In this document: positions 9,548 through 20,200 of the stretch, in pieces
Numbering within the stretch: the stretch's first letter is position 1
How the letters are laid out: every line of letters begins with the position of its first letter
Assembly: GCA_937899835.1 (NCBI GenBank)
Contig: CALCCE010000251.1
Location: 30,623-94,622 of the forward strand
DNA length: 64,000 nt
Source: an uncultured Flavobacteriales bacterium
Lineage (GTDB): Bacteria; Bacteroidota; Bacteroidia; Flavobacteriales_G; Salibacteraceae
Direction of reading: 5' to 3'
Notes under the pieces: generated by a model
The model's input: the letters and a program-made list of their open reading frames with translations, nothing else
Databases searched by the model: none
What the model was told of the DNA's origin: nothing
Position numbers and translations under genes: made by a program

Positions 9548-11497
9548 CTACTGAACAATAATTTTCTGTAAATGGTCGGGCTGGTTTTTGAAGGAAACCT
9601 TGAACAAATAAACAGCGGGAGCGAGCACTGGTGTTTCAATGATATTTCCACGTAAGTTAACCGGTATTTCTCTCCCTGAGAGATCCAACATTTGAATACG
9701 CTGAGCCGCTTCTTCGAATTGAATTCGATAAGTATTTCCATACTGATGCAGCACCTTGGTTTCTACGATCTGAGCTTGCTCTATTTGATCCGATGCAGAT
9801 GCTTTTCGCTCAGAATGCTCCTCCTGACCGGGACGGGGATTAAACCCGCACCCGGAATAAGTAGCTGTAATATCATTGACCTCTAAAACAAAGTAGGGAT
9901 CAGTGATCAAATCAGTAAAGGTTGATTCCACTACTCCAGGGGAGCCAGCAACATATTCCTCCAGCAAACACGAGACGGATTCTATATTTGCCGAGATGCT
10001 GTTGTGGCAAAGTTGTACGTATTCATCGCCATAACTGGAAAATATACTTACCCTCGAGGCGCTTGCCGGTTTATTATAGCCATCGGCCATGAAATATTCT
10101 TGCCGCCCGTTGTAATAATAGGCCCCGGAAACACCTTTAATTTGCCCTTCAGAATGGCCTGCGAAAGAGTTAAAGCCATGAGACCACAGTTGGTCAACGG
10201 TTAGCGGGCTTGCTCCTATGTTGTTGGGGTCTATTTTTAGAATTCCTATGGAGGTATTGTTGGGAATAACGCTTGTTCCCGATTGTCTTTCCAGTTGAAA
10301 CATCAACTTGAAAAAGCCTTCCTGATCCATGGCCTTGTAGCACATCATGTTCACATTAAAATTGTTGGTGCTGACGGTATATAAATTGGCTGCATTTCCA
10401 AATCCACTAAAGTGAATGAAATAGGAAAGCAAGCTGCTGCTGGTTCTTGGAAAAAACAGGTTATGAGTGAAGGTTACAATCCCCTCCTTTTCTCCCCAGG
10501 CATCATACACCAGGCTCATCGGACCATCGTCCTTATAAAAGTCGGGGTATAGTTGTAGTTTGCCGGAATATATCGCCTGGCCTTTCTTGAGGGCAATGTC
10601 GTTGCTGCCCACATCATAGGTGAATTCGCAAATCGCTACACCATGAACAATTGAGTTGTTATTGTTGCATTGCAACCTGACATTGGGCTCTGGGTATTTA
10701 TAAATTCCTGCCGTAAAAACGCTGGTGCCCGTAAATATGCTGTTGACCGCTTTGGGGAGATAGCGGATGTCAAAAGTTTCAGTGCGAAGTACGGTCATGT
10801 TTCCTTGGTGGTCTACCTCAAATGCCACCGCAATGGGACTGTCCAAACCTTCCTCTGATTGCATTATTTGCCCCACCGCGAGATAGCGTTGGTCCTGTTC
10901 ATCCAAGGGCTGCAGACCAACCCCTTTGGATTCATTTGTTTGAATTTTGTCCTGGCTGTTGTAGAACCCGGTAAACTGTTTGATTTTAATTTCTGTGTCT
11001 CCCGTAGTTAGGTTGTAGGTGCCGATGAGCATGATGCTCTTCCAATTACCATTCCCTCCATACATAGTGCCTGTGAATACTAACAAATCATGTTGGTTAT
11101 ACTGCAAGCTTGTGATGGTGATAATATTTTCATATATACCACCCCCGTAATTGTAAGGGCTAATGAAATCAATCTTTTTCGACAGCACTTCATTTCCATT
11201 GGGGTCGAAACCCAACAGCCATGTACCCTTATCTACAGGGTCTACCAAGTTTATGGGTTCATCCGTTGAAGAATAAGCCATGTATACCGTGCCTTGTGGG
11301 TGAACAGCATTTGAATTGTATTGGTTAACTGCCACAGCATCTGGGTTGAGTTTTAATCCTCCACGATCAGGGCCGAAAAAGGAACTTTTCTCGATCAAAG
11401 AGAAATGGCTGGTGGTTGCAATTTTGCTCCAGGGTTGTGCAAAAGCACTCGTACCAAGGCTTCCCCACAGCATGAGTAGAAAAAGGGCTCTTTTCAT
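9548..11497 (-). CDS. hypothetical secreted protein with probable T9SS C-terminal sorting domain
   Basis: It has a signal peptide (MKRALFLLMLWGSLGTSAFAQ). The last ~80 aa (...YRIQFEEAAQRIQMLDLSGREIPVNL...APAVYLFKVSFKNQPDHLQKIIVQ) resemble a T9SS type A sorting domain. I did not recognise the body. G+C is markedly lower than in the flanking genes. Confidence 0.7.
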   Translation of the reverse strand: MKRALFLLMLWGSLGTSAFAQPWSKIATTSHFSLIEKSSFFGPDRGGLKLNPDAVAVNQYNSNAVHPQGTVYMAYSSTDEPINLVDPVDKGTWLLGFDPNGNEVLSKKIDFISPYNYGGGIYENIITITSLQYNQHDLLVFTGTMYGGNGNWKSIMLIGTYNLTTGDTEIKIKQFTGFYNSQDKIQTNESKGVGLQPLDEQDQRYLAVGQIMQSEEGLDSPIAVAFEVDHQGNMTVLRTETFDIRYLPKAVNSIFTGTSVFTAGIYKYPEPNVRLQCNNNNSIVHGVAICEFTYDVGSNDIALKKGQAIYSGKLQLYPDFYKDDGPMSLVYDAWGEKEGIVTFTHNLFFPRTSSSLLSYFIHFSGFGNAANLYTVSTNNFNVNMMCYKAMDQEGFFKLMFQLERQSGTSVIPNNTSIGILKIDPNNIGASPLTVDQLWSHGFNSFAGHSEGQIKGVSGAYYYNGRQEYFMADGYNKPASASRVSIFSSYGDEYVQLCHNSISANIESVSCLLEEYVAGSPGVVESTFTDLITDPYFVLEVNDITATYSGCGFNPRPGQEEHSERKASASDQIEQAQIVETKVLHQYGNTYRIQFEEAAQRIQMLDLSGREIPVNLRGNIIETPVLAPAVYLFKVSFKNQPDHLQKIIVQ

Positions 11498-11930
11498 AAT
11501 AAAGGTTTTTGTTTTGAACGTTTAGCACATCAATTCCGAACCACCTGATCTACTTCGGATAATTGTCCTTGCTCACTTCTTTTGGGGCTGGGACCTATAG
11601 CATAAAATACTTCTATAAACAGGTTAGGCAATTCATGCGCATGCCTTGCAAAGAACTTGTGGTCAGCCTTACTCGTCAAGTCACAGTTGATGAACTCAGT
11701 ATGGCAGGCAATGAAATACCCCAAATATTGAATGAAACTTATTTTGGCACCTTAGTCGATACCTTAAGAAGAGGTAAAAAATTCCACTGTTGTGATTTCC
11801 CTCCTCATATTTGCGCGCTTCTATACATTTCTTGAGCGATCTACTCTGGTGCAGTCCGACTCCCAAATCGATTGGTCAATTTTTCTATTTTTGTTTCCCT
11901 ACATTCTTAGTGCTAAAACCAACACAATAC

Positions 11931-13979
11931 ATGAGAAATTCCACTTTTTGGAGCATCTGTTTGCTGGCAGGGCTCGTTTGGTCTTGTGCCCCCGCTTCTA
12001 CGGAAGAAAAGGGAGCTGACACAGCTACGGAACAAGATTCCGCAGAAATGGCAGAGGAAAACTCGGGATTCAAATACCTGACCGAGCAGTTTGCCGACCT
12101 CAAGATCATCCGATATCAGGTTCCAGGTTTCGACCAGTTGAGCCTCGACCAGAAAAAACTGGTGTATTACCTCAGCCAGGCCGCGCTTTCAGGCCGCGAC
12201 ATTATCTACGATCAAAACTACCGGCATAACCTAACCATTCGCAAGGCGCTCGAAAATGTGGTAAACAACTACCAGGGCGACAAGACAACACCAGACTGGG
12301 AAAGCTTTATGGTGTATACCAAAAGGGTGTGGTTCTCCAACGGTATTCACCACCACTACTCTACCGCCAAGTTGAAACCCGACTTTAGCCAGGCTTATTT
12401 TGAAGGTCTTTTGACGGAAACCAAAACCGAATTGGACGCCGAGGCACTCAAGGCCATTTTCGATTCAGAGGTGGACGCTAAACGGGTGAACAAGAACCCT
12501 GAAATAGATCTGATTGCAGGTTCAGCCAACAACTTCTACGAAAGTGGCGTTACCGCCGAGGAGGTAGACAATTACTACCAAGGTATTATTGATAAAAACG
12601 ATCCCAACCCCATTTCCTATGGCCTCAATACCACCGTGATGCGCGATGGTGATGGCTTGAAAGAAGTGGTGTGGAAAGTGGACGGCAAGTACGGTCCTGC
12701 CATCGATAAGATTGTTTTTTGGCTGGAAAAAGCGGTTACCGTTGCTGAAAACGATCAGCAAAAGGCAGCACTGGAATTGCTCATCAAGTATTATCAAACC
12801 GGTGACCTAAAAGTGTGGGACGAATACAACATTGCCTGGGTAGCTGCCACCGAAGGCGATATCGACTACATCAATGGTTTTATTGAAGTGTATGGCGATG
12901 CCAAAGGCTTCAAAGCCAGCTACGAGTCGGTGGTGCAAATCAAGGATTTTGAAGCTTCGGCAAGGATGGAAAAGATGGACCAGACCGTGCAATGGTTCGA
13001 GGACAACTCACCCATCATGGACGAACACAAAAAGGCCGAAGTAAAAGGGGTGACCTATAAAGTGGTTACCGTGGCCATGGAGTCGGGAGACGCTTCTCCC
13101 TCCACCCCGATCGGTATCAACCTGCCGAATGCCAACTGGATTCGCACCGATTACGGTTCTAAATCAGTGAGTTTGGGCAACATTGTGAATGCTTACAGCA
13201 ATTCCAGTGGATCAGGCTATACCGACGAGTTTGCTTATTCAGAAGAAGAAAAAGCCCGCTCTAAAGAACATGGTGAGCTGGGCTCAAAACTACATACCGC
13301 TTTGCACGAGGTAGTGGGACACGCCTCCGGAAAATTGAACGAAGGTGTAGGTACTCCAAAGGAAACCCTAAAAAACTACGCTTCTACCCTTGAAGAAGGA
13401 CGTGCCGACCTGGTTGCTCTTTACTATATCATGGATCAGAAAATGATCGATTTGGGCTTGATGCCTTCTTTGGAGGTAGGAAAAGCGGAATATGACGGCT
13501 ACATCCGTAATGGCCTGATGGTACAACTCCGCCGGTTGGAACCGGGAGAATTGATTGAGGAAGACCACATGCGCAACCGGCAACTGGTAGCCGGCTGGGC
13601 TTATGAAAAAGGAAAGGCCGACAACGTGATCGAACGCATTGATGAAAATGGCAAGACCTATTTCAGAATCAACGATTATGAAAAACTTCGCGATCTGTTT
13701 GGCCAGTTGCTGCGCGAAATCCAGCGGATCAAGTCGGAAGGCGACTATGAAGCCGGAAAAGCACTGGTAGAAAACTACGGTGTGCAGGTTGATCAGGAGC
13801 TTCACGCACAAGTGTTAGAACGGGCCGAAAAGTTAGGCATCGCTCCTTACGGTGGTTTCATTAACCCAAGTTATGAAGTAGTCGAAGAAAATGGGGAGAT
13901 CGTCGACATTAAAGTGATGTACCCCGAAGATTTTACCGAACAGATGCTCGGTTACGGCCGAGCATATTCTTTCCTGTAA
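11931..13979 (+). CDS. M49 family metallopeptidase (dipeptidyl-peptidase III-like) lipoprotein
   Basis: It carries the HExxGH motif (ALHEVVGHASG) and a second EExRAD motif (LEEGRADLVALYY), both diagnostic of M49. ATG 11931 gives a lipoprotein signal (MRNSTFWSICLLAGLVWSC). Confidence 0.85.
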   Translation: MRNSTFWSICLLAGLVWSCAPASTEEKGADTATEQDSAEMAEENSGFKYLTEQFADLKIIRYQVPGFDQLSLDQKKLVYYLSQAALSGRDIIYDQNYRHNLTIRKALENVVNNYQGDKTTPDWESFMVYTKRVWFSNGIHHHYSTAKLKPDFSQAYFEGLLTETKTELDAEALKAIFDSEVDAKRVNKNPEIDLIAGSANNFYESGVTAEEVDNYYQGIIDKNDPNPISYGLNTTVMRDGDGLKEVVWKVDGKYGPAIDKIVFWLEKAVTVAENDQQKAALELLIKYYQTGDLKVWDEYNIAWVAATEGDIDYINGFIEVYGDAKGFKASYESVVQIKDFEASARMEKMDQTVQWFEDNSPIMDEHKKAEVKGVTYKVVTVAMESGDASPSTPIGINLPNANWIRTDYGSKSVSLGNIVNAYSNSSGSGYTDEFAYSEEEKARSKEHGELGSKLHTALHEVVGHASGKLNEGVGTPKETLKNYASTLEEGRADLVALYYIMDQKMIDLGLMPSLEVGKAEYDGYIRNGLMVQLRRLEPGELIEEDHMRNRQLVAGWAYEKGKADNVIERIDENGKTYFRINDYEKLRDLFGQLLREIQRIKSEGDYEAGKALVENYGVQVDQELHAQVLERAEKLGIAPYGGFINPSYEVVEENGEIVDIKVMYPEDFTEQMLGYGRAYSFL

Positions 13980-14011
13980 GAGCGGAGCTAAATTGGCTCA
14001 CCTCTTTAAAA

Positions 14012-14037
14012 GGCCCGGCGATGCCGGGCCTTTTTTT
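14012..14037 (+). terminator. intrinsic terminator after the M49 peptidase gene
   Basis: GGCCCGGC-GAT-GCCGGGCC is a perfect 8-bp GC stem followed by TTTTTTT. Confidence 0.75.
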
Positions 14038-14125
14038 GTGCGTTTTTGAGCACTGAAGCGGCTTTTTTCGTATGAAGGAAAAGTGGCATAGTCTTTATAA
14101 AACCTGAGGCGCATCACTTTTACGA

Positions 14126-14145
14126 TTGAAGCTACCCCGTATTTT
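14126..14145 (+). terminator. weaker second hairpin plus T-run upstream of the giant gene
   Basis: CCCGTA-TTTT-TACGGG is followed by TTTT. Its function (backup terminator or leader element) is unclear. Confidence 0.3.
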
Positions 14146-14284
14146 TACGGGTTTTACCTCTCTAAAAATGGTGAACTTTTAATAATCAGCGCTTTAGGTC
14201 ATAAAACTTAGCCAAAATATCAGTTATTTTGCGGTTCGTTCTTGATCAATTTACATAGCCCCAAATCCGACATATCCTATTTCT

Positions 14285-17200
14285 ATGAAAAAATGGTTAC
14301 GCCCAAACTTTTTGGCCATTCTATGTTTTGGTTTATTCTGTTTTATTGCCAAATCCCAAGATCAATCCGGAAATCTGTATGCGTCTGAATCGACTTCCGC
14401 CAGCACCATTCCCAAAGGTGCAGTGGAAATCGTAGAAATGCGTGATGGCCACAGCCGTACCTATCAAAACCCCGATGGCTCTTTTACCCGTCGACAGTCC
14501 TATGGTATCCTGAATTTCAAGGATGAAAAAGGCCAGTGGACCCCCGTTGATGAAACCATAGTCATTCGCCCTGAAGCAAATCAGGTGGAGCTGGCCAACG
14601 TGCCTTTTCCCATTTCGGTAGACCTCGCCAATGGCCGTACCAACATGGTAATGGCGGAAGGCGCTGCCTTGGCGTTTGGCGATCAAGCGGAGTTGCGTTT
14701 TGAAGCCTCCGATGGTTCGTTGGTGAGCCAAAGGGCATTCGTACCTACGGGCAACAGCTCAGTTTCGGGTGAAGCGCTCACTTTTCAGGATGTTCTACCC
14801 GGCATCGATCGGGTTCAAAAACTGCATTACTATTTGGTCGAAACCGACTATGTGCTGAAACAGGCCCCTTCCGTTCCGGCCGGGGCAGAGTATTTGGTCA
14901 TGCGAGAGCGCATCGATCTGCCTTCAGGATGGAGCATTGCTACCGCTGCCAACACGGAAACGCCAGAAGAACTCTTTTTGAAAAATGCCGCTGGAGAAGT
15001 GAAGGGCACTTTTTGGACACCGGTAGTATTTGATGCCTCTGAAACCAAAGAAGGCGCCACTGTTGCCCAATACCGGTTATCAAAAGATGGGCAACATACC
15101 TACCTGGACGTGCTTCTGTCGGTGGATTGGCTACAACAGCCCAATCGCCAATACCCGGTTACCATTGAGCCCACCCTAACCAATACCTACAATTTTACTA
15201 TTGGCACCAAGCTTGGTTCAAGTGTACCTTGCTCGGCCACTCTGCCCATTGTTTTTAGTGCAGCTTCTAACATTTCGAATACCAACTGGAATTACAGTTT
15301 CCGGGCACTTGGTTCTGCTTATCGCAGCGAACAACGCTCAAGATTGGTAGGGCCGAATTCTACTTCTACCTGGGTTTCCGGTTGCTGCTCCAGTAACGGA
15401 ACACAATCGTATAATTACAACTCTGGTACTGTATCTCCCGCCAGCACACCTGCAGGAACGCTGAACTACGTGCTGCAAGCTTACCGGACCTGGGGCAGTG
15501 GCAGTTCGTGCGCCACTAACTTCAACTACATTGTAGCCAACACCTGGGATGTTACGGTTACCTACACCGCTTCTACGCCCCCATCGAGCCCAACCGGAAT
15601 AACCGCATCTGCATTTACGGTATGTCCAGGCAGCAGCGTTACCTTCACCGCTTCGGGCGTTTCGGGCACAGCCCACTGGTTTGCCGGTAGTTGTGGCTCA
15701 GCCAACCCCATTGCCACCGGTACTACCGTTACCCTCAACCCCACGAGCAACACCACTTATTATGTGCGCAACTTCAATGGCCTCTACAGTGCCAGTTGTG
15801 CCTCGGTCATTATCACCATGACCTCCTCTCCATCCGTCAGCATCATTTCGAGCAACTCGCCTACGTGTAATGGATTGAGCAACGGTTCGGTGGCAGCCAA
15901 TACTACCAGTGGTTTATTACCTTACACCTACAACTGGTCAAACGGCTCATCGGGCAATGTCATCACCGGGGTAGGTGCTGGTACTTATTCGGTCACGGTC
16001 ACCGATGGCAACGGTTGTACTGATTCTGCCTCTACTACTTTGGTGAATCCTGCTGCTATCTCCGGCACCTTCAATTCCACCATGCCTTCCTGTCCGGGAG
16101 GGAGTGATGGAAGTGCTTCCATTACCGGCTCAGGCGGATTCGGCTCCGGGTACTCCTACATTTGGTCGGGTGGCTTCTCGGGAGCTAACCGTACAGGTCT
16201 TTCTGCCGGAACTTACACCGTAACCATTACCGACGGACTCGGATGTTTGGGCACCGCCAGCGTTACCATCGCCGACCCTCCGGCTTTACCTACTCCGAAT
16301 GTCACCGCCAGTCCGAGTTCGGTTTGTGCGGGAGCAGGAACCAGTGTGACCCTCTCCAATTCGACCAACGTGTCGAACGCAACTTTTAGTCAAACCACTC
16401 CTATACAGTGTACCTTCACTACTGGTGGGGTGCTGAATTACGCCTTTACCGGAGTTCCTTCCGGAGCAACCGGAAATGCTACCCTAACGGTATTTTATCG
16501 GGGTGACTTGAATTTGTCGAGTGAGTTCATTGCCTACGTAGGTGAGAACTCCTACACGCTTGGCAACTCCTTCGCAGTATCCGCTTGTCAGTCCACTTAC
16601 TCTTCCCGTACCTTCACCGTGCCCATGTCAGTGATCAATACCTGGGCCTCGGATGGAATTGTAAACGTTATTGCAGATGCTTCTTCTGCCGTAGGTGGTT
16701 GTTCTTTCGGAGCTTATTGTTCTTACATGTCGCTGACCTTCCCTTATGGAGGCACCACCACCGGAACCACTTATTGGTATGCGGGCAATTGCCCTCAAAG
16801 TATCTCGGGTAACATTGGCACTGGCGACAGCTTGTCAGTAGTTCCTACCACTACTACCACCTATTACGCTTCGGTTTTTGACGGTTCTTGCTGGAGTGTT
16901 TGCGACAGTGTAACGGTTCCGGTTAATCCTCTACCGGCAGTAGTTTCAGTAGCTTCTAACTTCACCATTTGTGAAGGTGCTTCAACCACCATTTCGGCCT
17001 TAGGAGCCAATACATATGTGTGGTCTCCTGCCACAGGTCTCAATACCACGGTTGGTGCTACGGTACAAGCCAGCCCTACCACCACCACTACCTATACAGT
17101 GGTTGGCACCGATGCTAACGGATGTTCCGCCAGTTCCAACACTACGATTACAGTAAATCCAGCCCCTACACTGGCTCCAATTTCTACTTCACCGACTTGT

Positions 17201-20200
17201 AACGGAGGAAACAATGGAGTAGCTGGCGTTACCGCAAGTGGAGCAACTGCTCCATATTCTTATAACTGGATCGGCGGTATTTCCACTTCTTCTGTAGTTG
17301 TTGCTGCCGGTACTTACACAGTCACCGTATCGGACAACCAAGGTTGTTCCAGCACTTTACCGGTAACGGTTACCAACCCTGCAGCCGTAACCGCTACTTT
17401 CTCATCGGTCAATGCTTCCTGCTTCACCGCCAGCGATGGAATAGCTACCGCTTTCGGTTCGGGTGGAAGTGGTTTTGGATATTCCTACGTTTGGCCAAGT
17501 GGCACTACCAATGCCTTGGAAAGCGGCCTCGCTGCGGGTACCCATACCGTAACCATCACCGATGGAATCGGTTGTACAGGAACCGCTACGGTCACCATTT
17601 CATCTCCTCCGCCAGTCACTCCACCATCGGTCAGTACCAGCACGAGTTCAGTGTGCCAGGGCAACACCAATCCCGTCACCCTTTCAATCACAGGGGGTGG
17701 AAGCGGTTCTTTCAATCAAACGCTATCGGCCGCCTGTTCCTTCACCACTGGTGGTACCGTCAACTTGCAATACACGGGTCTTCCTCCCAACCCTACCGGC
17801 AACGGCACACTTACCGTATTTTACCGAGGCGACCTTTCCAGTACCACTGAAACCATCGGTTATTCTTTAGACGGCACTTTTATTGGTAGTTCGTTGGGCA
17901 CTGGAGGAAGCGATTGCCAGGCATTGTATACCTCGCGCACCTTCACGATTTCGAACAGCCAGTTGACTTCTATGGTGGCGGACGGTACTATCAACATACT
18001 CGCCGATGCGACCTCTGGGGTCAACAACTTTTGTTACAGCAACAATACTTCTTTCTGTACCTATACAACCCTGACCTACAATTATGTAAACAGTACCTCA
18101 GCCTACTGGTTTGCCGGTTCATGTTCACAAAATGTATCTTCTGCGATTGGTACCGGTAGTTCGGTTAATGTTACACCGACCACCACCACCACCTACTATG
18201 CCGCCAATCTGGACAACGGTTGTTGGAGCGTGTGCGACAGTGTTACCGTAACGGTTAACCCGCTGCCCACAGTTTCAGCTTCGGTTACTACTTCTACCAT
18301 TTGCCAAGGTACTTCCACTACCCTTACTGCCACCGGAGCTTCTTCCTATAGTTGGAGCCCAACTAACGGTTTGAGTTCCAACATTGGTGCTACCGTTACA
18401 GCTTCGCCATCCACTACAACTACGTATACCGTAACCGGAACGGATGCCAATGGATGTTCCAACACTGCTACTGTACAGGTAATTGTAAGTCCAGCACCTA
18501 ACATTGTCAATATTTTACCGACCCAGCCTTCTTGTGCTACCGGAAGTGACGGCTCCGCTGTGGTTACTGCTTTTGGGACAGGCACCCTTACTTATGCCTG
18601 GTCCAACGGTGCTACCACCGCCTCCAATACCGGCCTTGCAGCTGGCGTTTACACCGTAACCGTTACTGATGCGGTAGGATGTACTTCCACACAAACGACT
18701 ATTGTGAATGCTCCAGCGGGAGTTTCGGCCAACTTCTCTTCCGTAAATGCAACTTGTGCTACCACCAGCGATGGCCTTGCCTCAGTGTTTGGTACCAGCG
18801 GTGCCGGTGGTCCTTTTACCTACCTGTGGCCTTCGGGCAACACCAACCAAACGGAGAGCGGCCTTAGTGCAGGGACCCATACGGTCACCATAACCGACGG
18901 TAATGGCTGTACAGGTACTGCTGCTGTCACCATTAGTGCTCCGGCCCCTCTGGCCACTCCTTCCATTACGGCCACCAACACCACCCTTTGTCAAGGCTCT
19001 ACTACTTCCACTACCCTATCGGCAGTGGGCGGTGTAGGAACCGGAACGTATACGCAAACCAAGTCCATTTCTTGTTCGAGCATCACCGGCGGTACCCTCA
19101 ACTTTACCTTTACCGGAACGCCCACAGGAGCGGTGAATAATGCCACCTTAACCGTCTTTTACCGAGGCGATCTGGCCAGCTCAGGGGAAGTCATTTCTTA
19201 TTCCTTAGACGGTACTTTTGTAGGATCTTCTCTTCCTACAGGTTCGCCTGATTGCCAAACTACGTACAGCTCCCGGGTTTTCACTCTTAGCGCCAGCCAA
19301 ATCAACAGCATGGCTTCTAACGGTTCGATCTCCATGTTGGCAGATGCGGCTACTTCGGTCAACAATTTCTGCTACGGATCCAACACCTCGTTTTGTACTT
19401 ACGCAACGCTTACCTACAATTACAGCAACAATACCGGCTTGTATTGGTTTGCCAACAGTTGTGCCATGAGCACCACTGCGGCAATTGGGTCCAACGCTCC
19501 GATCACGGTAAGTCCTACGACTACTACTACTTACTATGCGGCACTTTACGATGGCAGCTGTTGGGGATTCTGCGACAGCATTACCATCAATGTGGGTACT
19601 CCGCCAGTAGTTTCGGCTACGGCTTCCCCAAGTTTCGTTTGCAACGGGGCAAGTGCCACCCTCACCGCAAGCGGTGCCAGCACTTATGCATGGTCTCCTT
19701 CTTTTGGTTTGAGTTCTACCTCTGGTAGCACCGTGACTGCCTCCCCTACGGTATCCTTCACTTATACTGTTGTAGGAACCGATGCCAACGGCTGTACAAG
19801 CTCCACCACGGTTCCGGTAACGGTGCTTTCCGGTCCTTCGGTGAGCATTAATCCCTCATCGGTTTCTTGTGCTGGTGGGAATGATGGTTCGGCCACCTCC
19901 AATGTTAGCGGAGGCCTCACTCCTTACAGCTATAACTGGAGTAATGGCAGCAGCAACAGCAGTGTTAGCGGCTTGAGCGCTGGCTCGATTAGCGTTACCG
20001 TAACCGATGGCAATGGATGTACCAACACTGCTTCTGCAACGATCTTTCAACCATCGGCACTTAGTTTATCGGTCTCTACTTCTGCTGCTTCCTGCTTCAC
20101 TTCAACCGACGGTTCAGGTTCAGCATTTGGCTCCGGGGGTACCTTCCCGTATACCTACAGCTGGTCCAACGGCAGTACCGGCCAAACGGTCAACAACTTG

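Noticed and set aside
9484-11835. Small ORFs 9484..9741(-), 11530..11724(-), 11563..11835(+) and 11792..12019(+) in or near AT-rich intergenic DNA
   Set aside because: They have no start-site context, motifs or plausible signal or fold features, and they overlap each other. AT-rich spacers generate such ORFs only rarely, but nothing supports that these are coding.
16499-19171. RGD motifs in the adhesin paired with the FG-GAP (integrin alpha-like) propeller protein at 46978-49395, read as a bacterial integrin/ligand system
   Set aside because: The fourth copy of the motif is DGD, which points to a structural Y-x-G-D-[LI] element. The two genes are 23 kb apart in unrelated contexts. FG-GAP repeats are common in bacterial secreted proteins. 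The idea is pure speculation with no support in the sequence.
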